In this document: positions 8,684-17,673 of the stretch, piece after piece | Position numbering within the stretch: the stretch's first letter is position 1 | Layout of the letters: every line of letters starts with the position of its first letter | Position numbers and translations under genes: made by a program | Virus record (IMG/VR): IMGVR_UViG_3300014656_000135 | Span: 1-24,287 of that record | DNA from: a virus | Taxonomy: Duplodnaviria; Caudoviricetes | DNA length: 24,287 nt | Reading direction: 5' to 3' (one strand) | The notes under the pieces: generated by a model | What the model was told of the DNA's origin: nothing | Databases searched by the model: none | What the model saw: the letters and a program-made list of their open reading frames with translations, nothing else

Positions 8684-10899
8684 TGCCCCCGCCCATCACA
8701 GTCAAGTTCGCCATCTCCGGTGCGAAGCAACTCGACGCCGTCTTCAAGTCGGTGAACAGGCGCGTGCGCGAACTGGACCGGGCGAACCAGCGCGGTGGCG
8801 GGAGCGGCGGCACATCGAAGGCGGAGGCCGCGCAGAATCGTTTGATCGCACTGGAGAAGAAGCTCGAAGCCGCTCAGGTGGCGTCGGCGCAACGGGGGTC
8901 CGCCGCCAAGGCCGCCGCCATGCGCAAGGAGGAGGTCGAGGCGCAGCGGAGCTTCGATCGCCGGCTGAAAGCAGCCACGCGCGCCAAGGAGAAAGAGGAA
9001 CGCGAGCTCACCCGGATCGCCGCCCGTGCCGAGTCCCAGAGGGCCCGTCAGGCCATGGCGGAGACGCGACGCAACGCACGGATAGGCGGGCGCGTGTCGG
9101 GCACGCTGGGACGTGCAGGACGCGGCACGATAGGCACCGTGGGCGGCGTGGTGGGCGGCATCGGCCTGACCGCCGGGACCTATGCCATGGGCGCGGGGCT
9201 CATGGAGAACATCGCGCTCCGGGAGCAGGCGGCGTTGACAGTCAACGCGACCCGCAACGGGCAAGGCGACGCCACACAGAACGTGTCAGACCTGGTCAAG
9301 CGGTCGCAGGAAGCGGCTACGACGCACGGGCTCAAAGCCGGCGAAGTCATGCAGGCGTTCGGCACGGTGGCCGAGCGAGGCGGCGGCGCCTCCGGGCTGG
9401 AAGCGTTCCAGGCCAACTTCGACGGGCTTGTGAAGATATCCAAGGCGTTCGGTGTGTCGATGGATGACACGGCCGGCGTGGTCGCAGCCATGCTCAATGC
9501 AGGCGTGACCGACGGCAAGGACATGGTCGAGACGTTCGGGGCATTCGCCGCCATGGGCAAGAAGGGCGCGATCGAGGTCCGCAACCTGTCGAGCGAACTC
9601 GGGCGTCTCAGCGGAGCGTTCAACATCACCGAACTCAAGGGGCCTGAGAAACTGCGCACAGCCGTCGCGTTCTCGCAGGTGGCGGCTCGTGCCAGGATAT
9701 CCCCGGAGAATTCGAGGACCGCCGTTGAAGATGTCATCAACGACATCACGCTGCAGAAGGAACGGCTGGACAAGTCCGGGATCAAGGTGTTCGGCAAGTC
9801 GGGCCAGGTTCGTGACCCCCTTCAGATCCTGGAGGAGATGATATCCGGTGCGGAGACCGGCGGGCTCAAGAACCTGAAAGGCAAGAGCGAAAAGGGAGCA
9901 GACGCGTTGTTCGGCCGCGGCAAGTTCACGGGCACATCGAAGGCGATCGTCTCGGAACTGCACAAGGTATATCTCGACGCCGCGAAGGCCGGCAAGGATC
10001 CGCGTTCCGCTTTGCGCGGGGCCATAACGGAATTCAAGGGCGCGAACCTGGCGCCCGGCGAGGTCGAGAAGGGCTACGCCACCGTGATGGGCACCGACTC
10101 GGCCAAGATCGCCCAGCAGATGGCTGCGTTCAACGCTTCGATGGCAGACCTTCTGCCGGCGTTCAGGCAGCTCCTACCGCACGTGACCAAGGCCGCGCAG
10201 GCGTTCGCTAGCGTCGCGATGTGGGCGACGAAGAACCCGTTCACCGCTCTGGGCGGGATCTTCGCCGCGCATCTGACGAAGGAACTGGCCGGGGCGGGCA
10301 TCGGCAAGGGCATCGAAGCAGCCATCGCATCCGCGCTCGGCGGGAACAAGGCGATGCAGATAACCGGGGTGGCTGCAATCGCCATCACTGCAGCCGCGGT
10401 GACAATCGCTATCGCGGAGCAGATAGATAAGGCCGGGGCTGAGTCGGGCAAGACGAAGATGGGGGCGGCAATGGGCCTGACCAATCTTGAGAGCGAGATC
10501 CGCAACCAGAAAGGGCCTGTCACAGCGGAACAGATTGCCAGGCGTGAAGCCCTCAAGAAACAGTATACTGAAGGAAGCAAGGGCATCCCTGGGAAAATCG
10601 CCGAAGCATGGCAGAACCTGCCTGCCATCGCCAAGGCCCCGCTGGCCACATTCGGCGCGGTCCCCATCGGGTTGGCTGAAGCTGCATCTGGGTTGTACAC
10701 AGGCGCCGAGAAGCGCGAGGCAGGCCAGGGCGGCACGAGCGGCGGGATCGGCGGGGACACATTGAACAGCAGGACCCAGGCCACCATCACGTTCTTGGAG
10801 AACGTCGGCACGGCGGCCAAGAAGGCCAGCGACGAGCTCGCCAAGATCCAGGCCCCCGACAAGTCCCGCGACGGGGCTCCAGTCGCCGGGAGGCGTTGA
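8683..10899 (+). CDS. Tail tape measure protein, 738 aa
   Basis: Longest tail gene, after the chaperone; Ala/Gly/Lys-rich helical; N-terminal ITVKFAISG and core MGKKGAIEVRNL motif. Confidence 0.9.
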   Translation: MPPPITVKFAISGAKQLDAVFKSVNRRVRELDRANQRGGGSGGTSKAEAAQNRLIALEKKLEAAQVASAQRGSAAKAAAMRKEEVEAQRSFDRRLKAATRAKEKEERELTRIAARAESQRARQAMAETRRNARIGGRVSGTLGRAGRGTIGTVGGVVGGIGLTAGTYAMGAGLMENIALREQAALTVNATRNGQGDATQNVSDLVKRSQEAATTHGLKAGEVMQAFGTVAERGGGASGLEAFQANFDGLVKISKAFGVSMDDTAGVVAAMLNAGVTDGKDMVETFGAFAAMGKKGAIEVRNLSSELGRLSGAFNITELKGPEKLRTAVAFSQVAARARISPENSRTAVEDVINDITLQKERLDKSGIKVFGKSGQVRDPLQILEEMISGAETGGLKNLKGKSEKGADALFGRGKFTGTSKAIVSELHKVYLDAAKAGKDPRSALRGAITEFKGANLAPGEVEKGYATVMGTDSAKIAQQMAAFNASMADLLPAFRQLLPHVTKAAQAFASVAMWATKNPFTALGGIFAAHLTKELAGAGIGKGIEAAIASALGGNKAMQITGVAAIAITAAAVTIAIAEQIDKAGAESGKTKMGAAMGLTNLESEIRNQKGPVTAEQIARREALKKQYTEGSKGIPGKIAEAWQNLPAIAKAPLATFGAVPIGLAEAASGLYTGAEKREAGQGGTSGGIGGDTLNSRTQATITFLENVGTAAKKASDELAKIQAPDKSRDGAPVAGRR

Positions 10900-10902
10900 G
10901 CC

Positions 10903-11793
10903 ATGTCCGTCGACATCCTGGCACTGCTGCCCCCGCTCAGGTGGCGCGGCATCGAAGTCCCCTGCCAGGACAACAAGATGGACTTCACCCACGGCCAGGT
11001 GGACCACGAGCAGCACGGGGTGGACGGCGCCTACGTCGAACCGACCGGGCGCAAGGCGTCCATGCACAGCTACAGGATACCGTTCCTCGTTGGGCTGGAC
11101 GGCTGGCCGACTCTGTATCCGACGCTGTACCGGGACTTCTACAACGCCTGTCTCGACGGCAGCACTGGACCGCTCGAGCTTCCAGAAGAGGGCGAGATCG
11201 ACGCCAACCTGGTCTCGTTCTCCAAGACGGTGTCGACAGGGGTGCGCAACGGTTACTTCGTCGACGTCGTGTGGAAAGAGAACAACGAGGCGGGGATCAC
11301 GATCGGCGACGATTCGATCGGCCCCATCGCCGAGGCCGTCGCGCTCGCCGCCGTGGTCGAACCCGCCGCGGGGGAGATAACGCCTCCGCTGGAGTACGAC
11401 GACGGCGCAGGGAACAGCCTGCTCAAGTCGCTCAAGCAGATCCAGGGGTCCATCGCACTGGCCCAGATGTCCGTGCAAGACACGATCGCCAGCATCGACA
11501 ACGTGATCAACGGGATCAACGACATGATCGACGCGGCGAACAGCGCCGTGGACCCGGAGGCGTGGGGCATAGTCGACGGCCTCAAGCAGATCGAGGCGTC
11601 CTGCCAGGAGACGAAGAACCGCCTGGCCCCCGAGCAGAAGGCGATCCAGTTCGTCATCGCTACGGCATCGATCCTGGTGGCCGAAGCCGCGGCCAAAGCC
11701 GGGATGGCGCTCGACGCGTTCATCCAACTGAACCCGCGGGCAGCTGCGAAGCGCACCATCAAGGCCGGTCAAGAGTACTTCGTCTACGTGTGA
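10903..11793 (+). CDS. Mu gpN-like (DNA circularisation N-terminal domain) tail protein with LysM-like C-terminus, 296 aa
   Basis: RWRGIEVP...HEQHGVDGAYVEPTGRKA, GPLELPEEG; C-terminal FIQLNP...IKAGQ. Confidence 0.82.
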   Translation: MSVDILALLPPLRWRGIEVPCQDNKMDFTHGQVDHEQHGVDGAYVEPTGRKASMHSYRIPFLVGLDGWPTLYPTLYRDFYNACLDGSTGPLELPEEGEIDANLVSFSKTVSTGVRNGYFVDVVWKENNEAGITIGDDSIGPIAEAVALAAVVEPAAGEITPPLEYDDGAGNSLLKSLKQIQGSIALAQMSVQDTIASIDNVINGINDMIDAANSAVDPEAWGIVDGLKQIEASCQETKNRLAPEQKAIQFVIATASILVAEAAAKAGMALDAFIQLNPRAAAKRTIKAGQEYFVYV

Positions 11794-11797
11794 TCCC

Positions 11798-12907
11798 ATG
11801 GATGATGCGCGCATAGTCCTGCAGGACGGCACGACGATCGGCGGGTGGACGGAGTACAGGATTGACTCCGACTTCCTGACACCGACGGACGGGTGGAGCT
11901 TCTCCTACTCGCATCCAGGCGCCCAGTACGACTTCGCCACGGTAAGGCCGGACGCGAAGGTGGGCATCAGGGTCGGCGGCGTGTTGCAGCTCACCGGATG
12001 GGTGGACAGCGTCAGACGCTCGTCATCGTCAAGCGGCGGATTGCAGATCAGCGTCTCGGGCCGCGACGTCCTCAAGGTGCTCTGCAAGGCCAACGTCCCG
12101 CCGGATCTGACCATCAAGAACAAGACCGTGCTGGAGACTGTCGAGCACCTGGTGAACCTGTACTACAAGGACCCTCCAACTGTCTACTACGGCGTGGACG
12201 AGAACCGCCTGGTGATGGGCCTGCCGAAAGGCTCGGCGAAGAACCGCACGAAGCAGCAGAAGAAACTGGTGGACTACTGCCAGCCGCACCCGAACGAAGG
12301 GTGCTTCGAGTTCATGTCCCGCATCATCCGCAGGTTCGGCTTGTGGGTGTGGGCCACGGCGGACGGCGGGATCGTGGTGTCGGGACCTGATTACGACCAG
12401 GCTCCGAGCTACTCGATAGTCCGCCGCAGAGGCGGGAAGGCCATCGAATACCCGACTGCCACGTACACTCATGACAGGACAAGCGTGCCAAGCTACATGC
12501 TTGTCCGCGGCAAGGCCAAGGCAAAGGAATGGGCGAAGGGGTACGCGTTCGGAGAGGTCAAGGATTCCGACGCCGACACAACCCATTATGACGAGCCGAG
12601 TTACGTCCAGCACGACGAAGCCGTGGACGGAGCCGAGGCGGCTGCGTTCGCGCGGCAGGAGTTGAGCCGGCTCAAGCAGAACGAGAAGGTCTACGAATGC
12701 ACCGCTGTCGGGCATCACGACCGGGTGACCGGCAACGTGTTCGCGCTCGACACCATCGCCACGGTGGATGACGAGATCTTGCAGGTGAAGGGGGACTTCT
12801 ACGTGATTGGACGAACGTTCAACAAGTCGGTATCGGGCGGCACGACAACCGATCTCCGGATGGTCCCGCCCGGGGCCATCCAGTTCAGCGACGTGGACGC
12901 GCCATGA
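11798..12907 (+). CDS. Baseplate hub protein (Mu gp44/gpP-like), 369 aa
   Basis: GWTEYRIDSDFLTPTDGWSF, LTGWVD, ISVSGRD, GLWVWATADG, TTDLRM motifs. Confidence 0.88.
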   Translation: MDDARIVLQDGTTIGGWTEYRIDSDFLTPTDGWSFSYSHPGAQYDFATVRPDAKVGIRVGGVLQLTGWVDSVRRSSSSSGGLQISVSGRDVLKVLCKANVPPDLTIKNKTVLETVEHLVNLYYKDPPTVYYGVDENRLVMGLPKGSAKNRTKQQKKLVDYCQPHPNEGCFEFMSRIIRRFGLWVWATADGGIVVSGPDYDQAPSYSIVRRRGGKAIEYPTATYTHDRTSVPSYMLVRGKAKAKEWAKGYAFGEVKDSDADTTHYDEPSYVQHDEAVDGAEAAAFARQELSRLKQNEKVYECTAVGHHDRVTGNVFALDTIATVDDEILQVKGDFYVIGRTFNKSVSGGTTTDLRMVPPGAIQFSDVDAP

Positions 12908-13536
12908 GTGTCGCCAACGCAAGCGACCTGTTCGACATCCACCCGATCAAGCGGACCGAGCTCGTCGGCGACGCCAAGAGCACCATCGCGGTTTTCTTCG
13001 AGGCTCTGACCCGCGCACCCGGCGACCCGCTGGGCGGCGACCAGGACAGCGAGTCTGCCCCCGCGGACTGGTGGCAGCACTATGGATTCCTCTCCCGCCC
13101 GCCCGTCGGAGCTGAGGGCATCTTCATGCGGCTCGGCGCCAACGTGGTGACCATCGCGTCGCGCGCCTTGGCGGCCGCCGGCATCTTCGGCCAGATGTCC
13201 GTCGGCGACGTCGCCATCTACAGCGTCGGCAAGAACGTCCTCCGTCTGAACGCGGACGGGTCGGTGTCGCTCATGCGCCTGACCAAGTCGGGCAAGCATG
13301 TCATCGCGATAATGACCAAGGACGACAAGGTGCAGGTGCTCATCCCGCCTGCGACGGTGTTCGAGATGACCCCGCAGGGCATCACCCTCAAGGGCGACAC
13401 CATCACGATCGCCGGGTCGAAGTCGGTCCAGATCATCGGGCCGCAGCTCAACTGCGCCGTGGGCGTGAACAAGCTCCACATCGGAGCGTCACTTCCGCTG
13501 GTCCCGACCTCCGCAGCCCCGAACGTGTTCGTATGA
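12904..13536 (+). CDS. Baseplate central spike (Mu gp45-like), 210 aa
   Basis: WQHYGFLSRPPVGAEGI and GDVAIYS motifs followed by short beta-strand repeats. Confidence 0.85.
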   Translation: MSVANASDLFDIHPIKRTELVGDAKSTIAVFFEALTRAPGDPLGGDQDSESAPADWWQHYGFLSRPPVGAEGIFMRLGANVVTIASRALAAAGIFGQMSVGDVAIYSVGKNVLRLNADGSVSLMRLTKSGKHVIAIMTKDDKVQVLIPPATVFEMTPQGITLKGDTITIAGSKSVQIIGPQLNCAVGVNKLHIGASLPLVPTSAAPNVFV

Positions 13537-13542
13537 AATACC

Positions 13543-13854
13543 ATGAGCCTTTGCAACTTCGCGTTCAGCCTGTCGATCCGGCTGCCGTCGATAAGCTTTG
13601 CGCTACCGGTGCTGAGCCTGCCTGTACTGATCATCACCCTGCCGGGGTTCGATCTGTCGTTCACGTTCACCATCCCGTTGCCTTCGATCAGTCTGGCTCT
13701 CCCCGTCATCTCACTGCCGACCTTTCGCCTCGACATCCCGGGTTTCGACCTGTCCTTCTCGTTCGCGATACCGCTGCCGTCGATAAGCCTGAGCTTGCCG
13801 ATCCTGACGATCCCCTGGCCCGTGCTGCCACCCTGCCCGCTGGACGCGGTGTAG
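13543..13854 (+). CDS. Hypothetical Pro/Leu/Ile/Phe-rich repeat protein, 103 aa
   Basis: Fills the gap between spike and gp46-like genes; 32-aa repeats are conserved at protein level in this frame with synonymous DNA changes. Confidence 0.78.
   Translation: MSLCNFAFSLSIRLPSISFALPVLSLPVLIITLPGFDLSFTFTIPLPSISLALPVISLPTFRLDIPGFDLSFSFAIPLPSISLSLPILTIPWPVLPPCPLDAV
13582..13815 (+). repeat. Degenerate 96-bp tandem repeat (about 2.5 copies)
   Basis: LPSIS units start at 13582, 13678 and 13774; GCTGCCGTCGATAAGC is identical in copies 1 and 3. Confidence 0.85.
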
Positions 13855-13858
13855 TCTG

Positions 13859-14332
13859 ATGGGCGCCGGGATCTCGCCTGCAGGCAGTTCCCCGGCCGGG
13901 TACGGGTCCATCTCGGTGTCGGCGGCGTTCTCGCCGCAGTCCCACGGGTACGCCGAGACAGGTGCGGTGAGCTCGCTCAAGATCAACCCGGGCACGAAGG
14001 ACATCAGTTTCGACGACAACGGCTCGGAAGAGGGCATGGGCGACGAGGGACAACTGGTGCTCATGTTGCTTGGCAACGAGCTGGGGTCACGCGACATCGC
14101 TTCGGAGGAGGGCTTCTCGCACCCCGCCGCTGTGTCCGGTGACTACGAACGGGAACTGTACGCGGCCGTGCGCAAGGCGCTCATGCCGGCGATCGAGACC
14201 AACTGGATCGAACTGCTGTCGGTGGACGCCATGCGTGACGACCGCTACCCGGACAGCGTCTACGCCGTGATCCGCTGGCGGTCGGTCCGTTCCGACCGGG
14301 TGGAGACCACAACCAAGAAGATCGCATCCTGA
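13859..14332 (+). CDS. Baseplate wedge/sheath initiator (Mu gp46 or T4 gp25-like), 157 aa
   Basis: Precedes the baseplate J-like gene; AVRKALMPAIETNWIELLSV pattern; Gly/Ser/Pro N-terminal extension. Confidence 0.7.
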   Translation: MGAGISPAGSSPAGYGSISVSAAFSPQSHGYAETGAVSSLKINPGTKDISFDDNGSEEGMGDEGQLVLMLLGNELGSRDIASEEGFSHPAAVSGDYERELYAAVRKALMPAIETNWIELLSVDAMRDDRYPDSVYAVIRWRSVRSDRVETTTKKIAS

Positions 14333-15843
14333 TGGCCTACACCTCGATAGTGCACAAATCGATCGCCGTCATCCGGGACGGCATGCTCGACGATCAACGC
14401 CGGATGCTGATCGCCGCCGGGGTGGCTCGCCCGAACCTCGCCAAGGGGTCGGAACGCTGGGTCCGTGCCGAATCGCTGGCATCGGCCATCTTCGAGGGGC
14501 TGTCCCGAGAGGTGGCGTTGCAGGACGCCCAGATGGAGGACTCGGCCACGGGCGAGGACCTCGACAGGCTGGCGGCCCGGTTGAACATAACCCGTTCGGC
14601 CGGGGCCGGGGCCACCGGCAACGTCGTCGTCTCGTGCACCGGTTCCGTCGTCTACCCGGCCGGACTGGAATGCACCAGCCCCGACGGGCTCCGTTACCAG
14701 GTCGTGGCGATCACGACGGCCGTCGATGGCGGAGCCGTGCCGGTGGCCGGCATCGACACCGGCAAGCGGACCGACAAGACCTACTCGACGATCATGACGT
14801 GGACCAGCCCCCCGGCGGGGTCCGCGACGACGGCGACGGTGGACGCCAGCGGGCTGCGCTTCGGCGCGGACGCGGACGATGACGCACGGCTCCGCCGCAA
14901 GGTGATAGACCGGCGCAGGCATCCGGCCAAGGGCGGCAACTGGTCGCACGTCGCAGGGTTCGCGGAGGACGCTTCGAGCGCCATCGAAAAGGCGTTCGCA
15001 TACCCGGCGGTCTACGGTCCGAGCACGCACCATGTGGCCATCACGGTCCCGGCCGCTGCCGCGACGCAGTACACCCGCGCGGCGACCGGGGCGCTCATGC
15101 TGATGGCAGCCACGGGCATCCTGTCGCAGACCCCGGAACACGCAGATCTGACGCTGACAACGGTCACGGATTACGATCTGGATCTGGTCCTGCAGGTGGA
15201 ATTGCCTGAGCCGAAGAGCGCCGGCGGGATCGGCGGCGGGTGGGTCGATGCGCTGGCCGACCGATGGCCGACCGCGCTCAACGCAGCCAATCCCCACGCC
15301 ATCACACTCAACGCCGCTCCCACGAATCCAAAGGTGATCGTGGTCGTCAGCGATGCGGCTCCGGTGCTGGACGCGCACATCGCGCTGTGGTCCAACTCGC
15401 AGAAGAAACTGGTGCGGACGCGTGTCTACTCCTACACGGGAGCAGGGCCGTACACGATCACATTGTACGATCCCATCGACATCAACGACTTCGCATCCGG
15501 TGACTACGTGATGCCCGACGCCGAGAACCTAGAGGACTACTGCTCCACAGTGGCGTCGCAGTTCGCGCTTCTGGGCCCGGGGGAGAAGACGGCCGTGGCT
15601 GCCAAGCTGCCACGGTCCTACCGTCATCCGCTCGAGCAAGAGGACTGGCACACAGACTTCACCTCGAGGCACGTCGGGGCGCTCTCGAACGAGCACACCG
15701 AGGTCCAGCACGTCTACCTGGTCGAGGCGTTCCACGGCGGCGTGTCGGCCGGGACGCTGCCGATCGCATGCCCGGACGAGACCACCACCGGATTGCCGCC
15801 CAACTGCCTGCGTCTCGGACGCATCGGCTTCTACGAGGTCTGA
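14332..15843 (+). CDS. Baseplate J-like wedge protein (Mu gp47-like), 503 aa
   Basis: DSATGEDLDRLA, ATGNVVV, GADADDDARLRRKV, PAKGGN, AFAYPAVYGPST motifs. Confidence 0.9.
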   Translation: MAYTSIVHKSIAVIRDGMLDDQRRMLIAAGVARPNLAKGSERWVRAESLASAIFEGLSREVALQDAQMEDSATGEDLDRLAARLNITRSAGAGATGNVVVSCTGSVVYPAGLECTSPDGLRYQVVAITTAVDGGAVPVAGIDTGKRTDKTYSTIMTWTSPPAGSATTATVDASGLRFGADADDDARLRRKVIDRRRHPAKGGNWSHVAGFAEDASSAIEKAFAYPAVYGPSTHHVAITVPAAAATQYTRAATGALMLMAATGILSQTPEHADLTLTTVTDYDLDLVLQVELPEPKSAGGIGGGWVDALADRWPTALNAANPHAITLNAAPTNPKVIVVVSDAAPVLDAHIALWSNSQKKLVRTRVYSYTGAGPYTITLYDPIDINDFASGDYVMPDAENLEDYCSTVASQFALLGPGEKTAVAAKLPRSYRHPLEQEDWHTDFTSRHVGALSNEHTEVQHVYLVEAFHGGVSAGTLPIACPDETTTGLPPNCLRLGRIGFYEV

Positions 15844-15846
15844 CAC

Positions 15847-16338
15847 ATGACGACAACGCTCCCTACAAGGCAGACCGCGGTGGGCTACGGCTGCCCGAAG
15901 ACGGACTACGACGCACAGGTCAACCCGTTGACCGATCTGTCGCTCGAATCGGAGTACGAACCGGCGGTGGTGGACACCGCGGCCCTCGGCATGACCGGCC
16001 CGCGTGCGCTGGTGCATGTCGACGCGGACGCCGGCGGCGGGGAGGACATCCTCGACCACACTGCCATGTGGGGCGAGACGGCAGGGGTGGAACCGACGCT
16101 GCTGCGCAACGCCGCCGGCAGCTACACACTGACGTGGACGGCGAGTCAGAGCGACTTGAACCCGACTGTCTCGAGGCAGAACACCAACACGCTGAACTTC
16201 CGCTTCGCGACCGCCACGGTGGCCGAAGACGCGGACGCGACGATCTCCGTCAGCTGGACGGCCAACACCGTGACGGTGCTGACCTACGCGGCGGGTGGCG
16301 TCAAGACAGACTACGACTTCGTGGTGGTGGTGTACTAG
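15847..16338 (+). CDS. Hypothetical baseplate/tail protein, 163 aa
   Basis: Coupled to both neighbours; Thr/Val/Asp-rich, beta-strand-like (RNAAGSYTLTW...DYDFVVVVY). Confidence 0.72.
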   Translation: MTTTLPTRQTAVGYGCPKTDYDAQVNPLTDLSLESEYEPAVVDTAALGMTGPRALVHVDADAGGGEDILDHTAMWGETAGVEPTLLRNAAGSYTLTWTASQSDLNPTVSRQNTNTLNFRFATATVAEDADATISVSWTANTVTVLTYAAGGVKTDYDFVVVVY

Positions 16339-17039
16339 TGGCTTCCAGCGGATGGAAATGCCCCGGTGCGATACGCGGAGGCGCGACGGCCCACGAACGT
16401 GTCGAGCAGGTCTACGCATCGATCAAGCGCAACCTCGGCACGGCCCTCAGCACGGAGGATTCCGCGCTGAACATGATCGAGGTCAAGGCCGCTGCGCGCG
16501 CCATCGCCTTGATGGACAGGGCCATCGACAGGAGGCTGGCGAACGGGGATGCGCGCACCATGTCGGCCGTGATGGTGGCACGGTGGGAAGTCATCCTTGG
16601 GATCAACCCGCCTTCGTCGCAGTCCCTGTGGGATCAGCGGAGGGTGTTGGCCGCGCGTCTGACCGAGCAGTACAGCAATTCAGGCGGGGCCATCGCCAGG
16701 ATCGCCACGGAGGCGTTCGACCCTTGGACGATTCACGTCCACTACACCACCACGGCAGGCGCCGTTGTCTACTGGCCCGGGGACGGGTCCAGCACGACGG
16801 ATCTGTTCTGGTATTCGACCCTGGCCCATTTCGCGGTGGAGTACGTCCGGCCCGCTTCCGCGTCGCAGACCGACGTGGACCAGCGCAAGGCGTCCTGCTT
16901 CGAGGCGTTGGACGGCTACGTCGCCGACTGGGTGACGTGGGACTTCTCGGAGACACCGGCCTATGGGGCGACGGCTCTCCTCAACGGCTTCTACCTGGAC
17001 AGGCCGAACCTTGACGCGGCCGTCCTGACTGCGAGTTGA
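16338..17039 (+). CDS. Baseplate protein (Mu gp48/DUF2313-like), 233 aa
   Basis: GTG start overlapping TAG (TAGTG); VARWEVILGI...SLWDQRRVLAAR motif. Confidence 0.8.
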   Translation: MASSGWKCPGAIRGGATAHERVEQVYASIKRNLGTALSTEDSALNMIEVKAAARAIALMDRAIDRRLANGDARTMSAVMVARWEVILGINPPSSQSLWDQRRVLAARLTEQYSNSGGAIARIATEAFDPWTIHVHYTTTAGAVVYWPGDGSSTTDLFWYSTLAHFAVEYVRPASASQTDVDQRKASCFEALDGYVADWVTWDFSETPAYGATALLNGFYLDRPNLDAAVLTAS

Positions 17040-17040
17040 C

Positions 17041-17673
17041 ATGGCTGCGAACAGCAGGGCGAACACCGGCGGGATCGCGTACTCGGAGAACGAGATCGTG
17101 CCGTTCGGAGAGTTCAACACGGTCGACACCAATGCGGCGCAGAGCGTCAACCGCAACAGCACAACGAGCGGATGGTGTGCCCAGCCAATAATCCTGCTCG
17201 GCGGAACAGCTATCGAAATTGATGTAGCGCACTCTACCGGCCAATTGGTCACAACCGGGAACACCGGGTTCGGCCACGCGTTCGCTCTTACCAGTTTGCC
17301 GAACGGTCACATACTCGACGGGATCCGGCTATACATCGTGCCAGCCAACGCAGGCCGCGGGGCTGGAGCCCCCGGGAACATGCCGGCAATGAAGGTGTGG
17401 CGCCGTACCACCACGCTATCCATGACTGTCACGCAGTTGGGCGCAACGCAGACGGCAACATGGGTCGACGAAGCCACCTATGAAGGCGGGCAGGTCCTTG
17501 AGGTGACCGGGCTCGCTGCCACCATCGACAACAACACGCACGATTATTTCATCACGTTCGTGACCGAGTACGGCGCGAACAGCTTCGCCGGTCTGACGAT
17601 CGCTGGTTTGGCGGCGTATGTGACCATCGACGCTTCCTATAATGGGGCAGACCTCTGCTTCTGGCGCAAGTAG
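17041..17673 (+). CDS. Putative tail fibre-proximal/virion protein, 210 aa
   Basis: First gene after the gp48-like gene; Thr/Gly/Ala/Asn-rich, beta-rich C-terminal domain. Confidence 0.55.
   Translation: MAANSRANTGGIAYSENEIVPFGEFNTVDTNAAQSVNRNSTTSGWCAQPIILLGGTAIEIDVAHSTGQLVTTGNTGFGHAFALTSLPNGHILDGIRLYIVPANAGRGAGAPGNMPAMKVWRRTTTLSMTVTQLGATQTATWVDEATYEGGQVLEVTGLAATIDNNTHDYFITFVTEYGANSFAGLTIAGLAAYVTIDASYNGADLCFWRK

Noticed and set aside
10174-11832. 552-aa minus-strand ORF and the other long minus-strand or alternate-frame Arg/Pro-rich ORFs
   Set aside because: They overlap well-supported plus-strand genes and have the composition of GC-rich shadow frames
13533-13859. Alternative 108-aa ORF overlapping the Pro-repeat gene
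   Set aside because: It has neat ATGA/TGATG overlaps, but repeat copies differ mainly at third positions of the 13543 frame, favouring that frame; not fully excluded
15768-16337. Upstream extensions given by the ORF track (also 5450, 19101, 20765, 22123, 22374, 22850, 23442, 23630)
   Set aside because: They overlap the preceding genes; downstream starts at stop/start overlaps or with SD sequences fit better
6053-17039. Tailocin or extracellular contractile injection system
   Set aside because: Capsid, protease/scaffold and neck genes are present, so it encodes a complete virion
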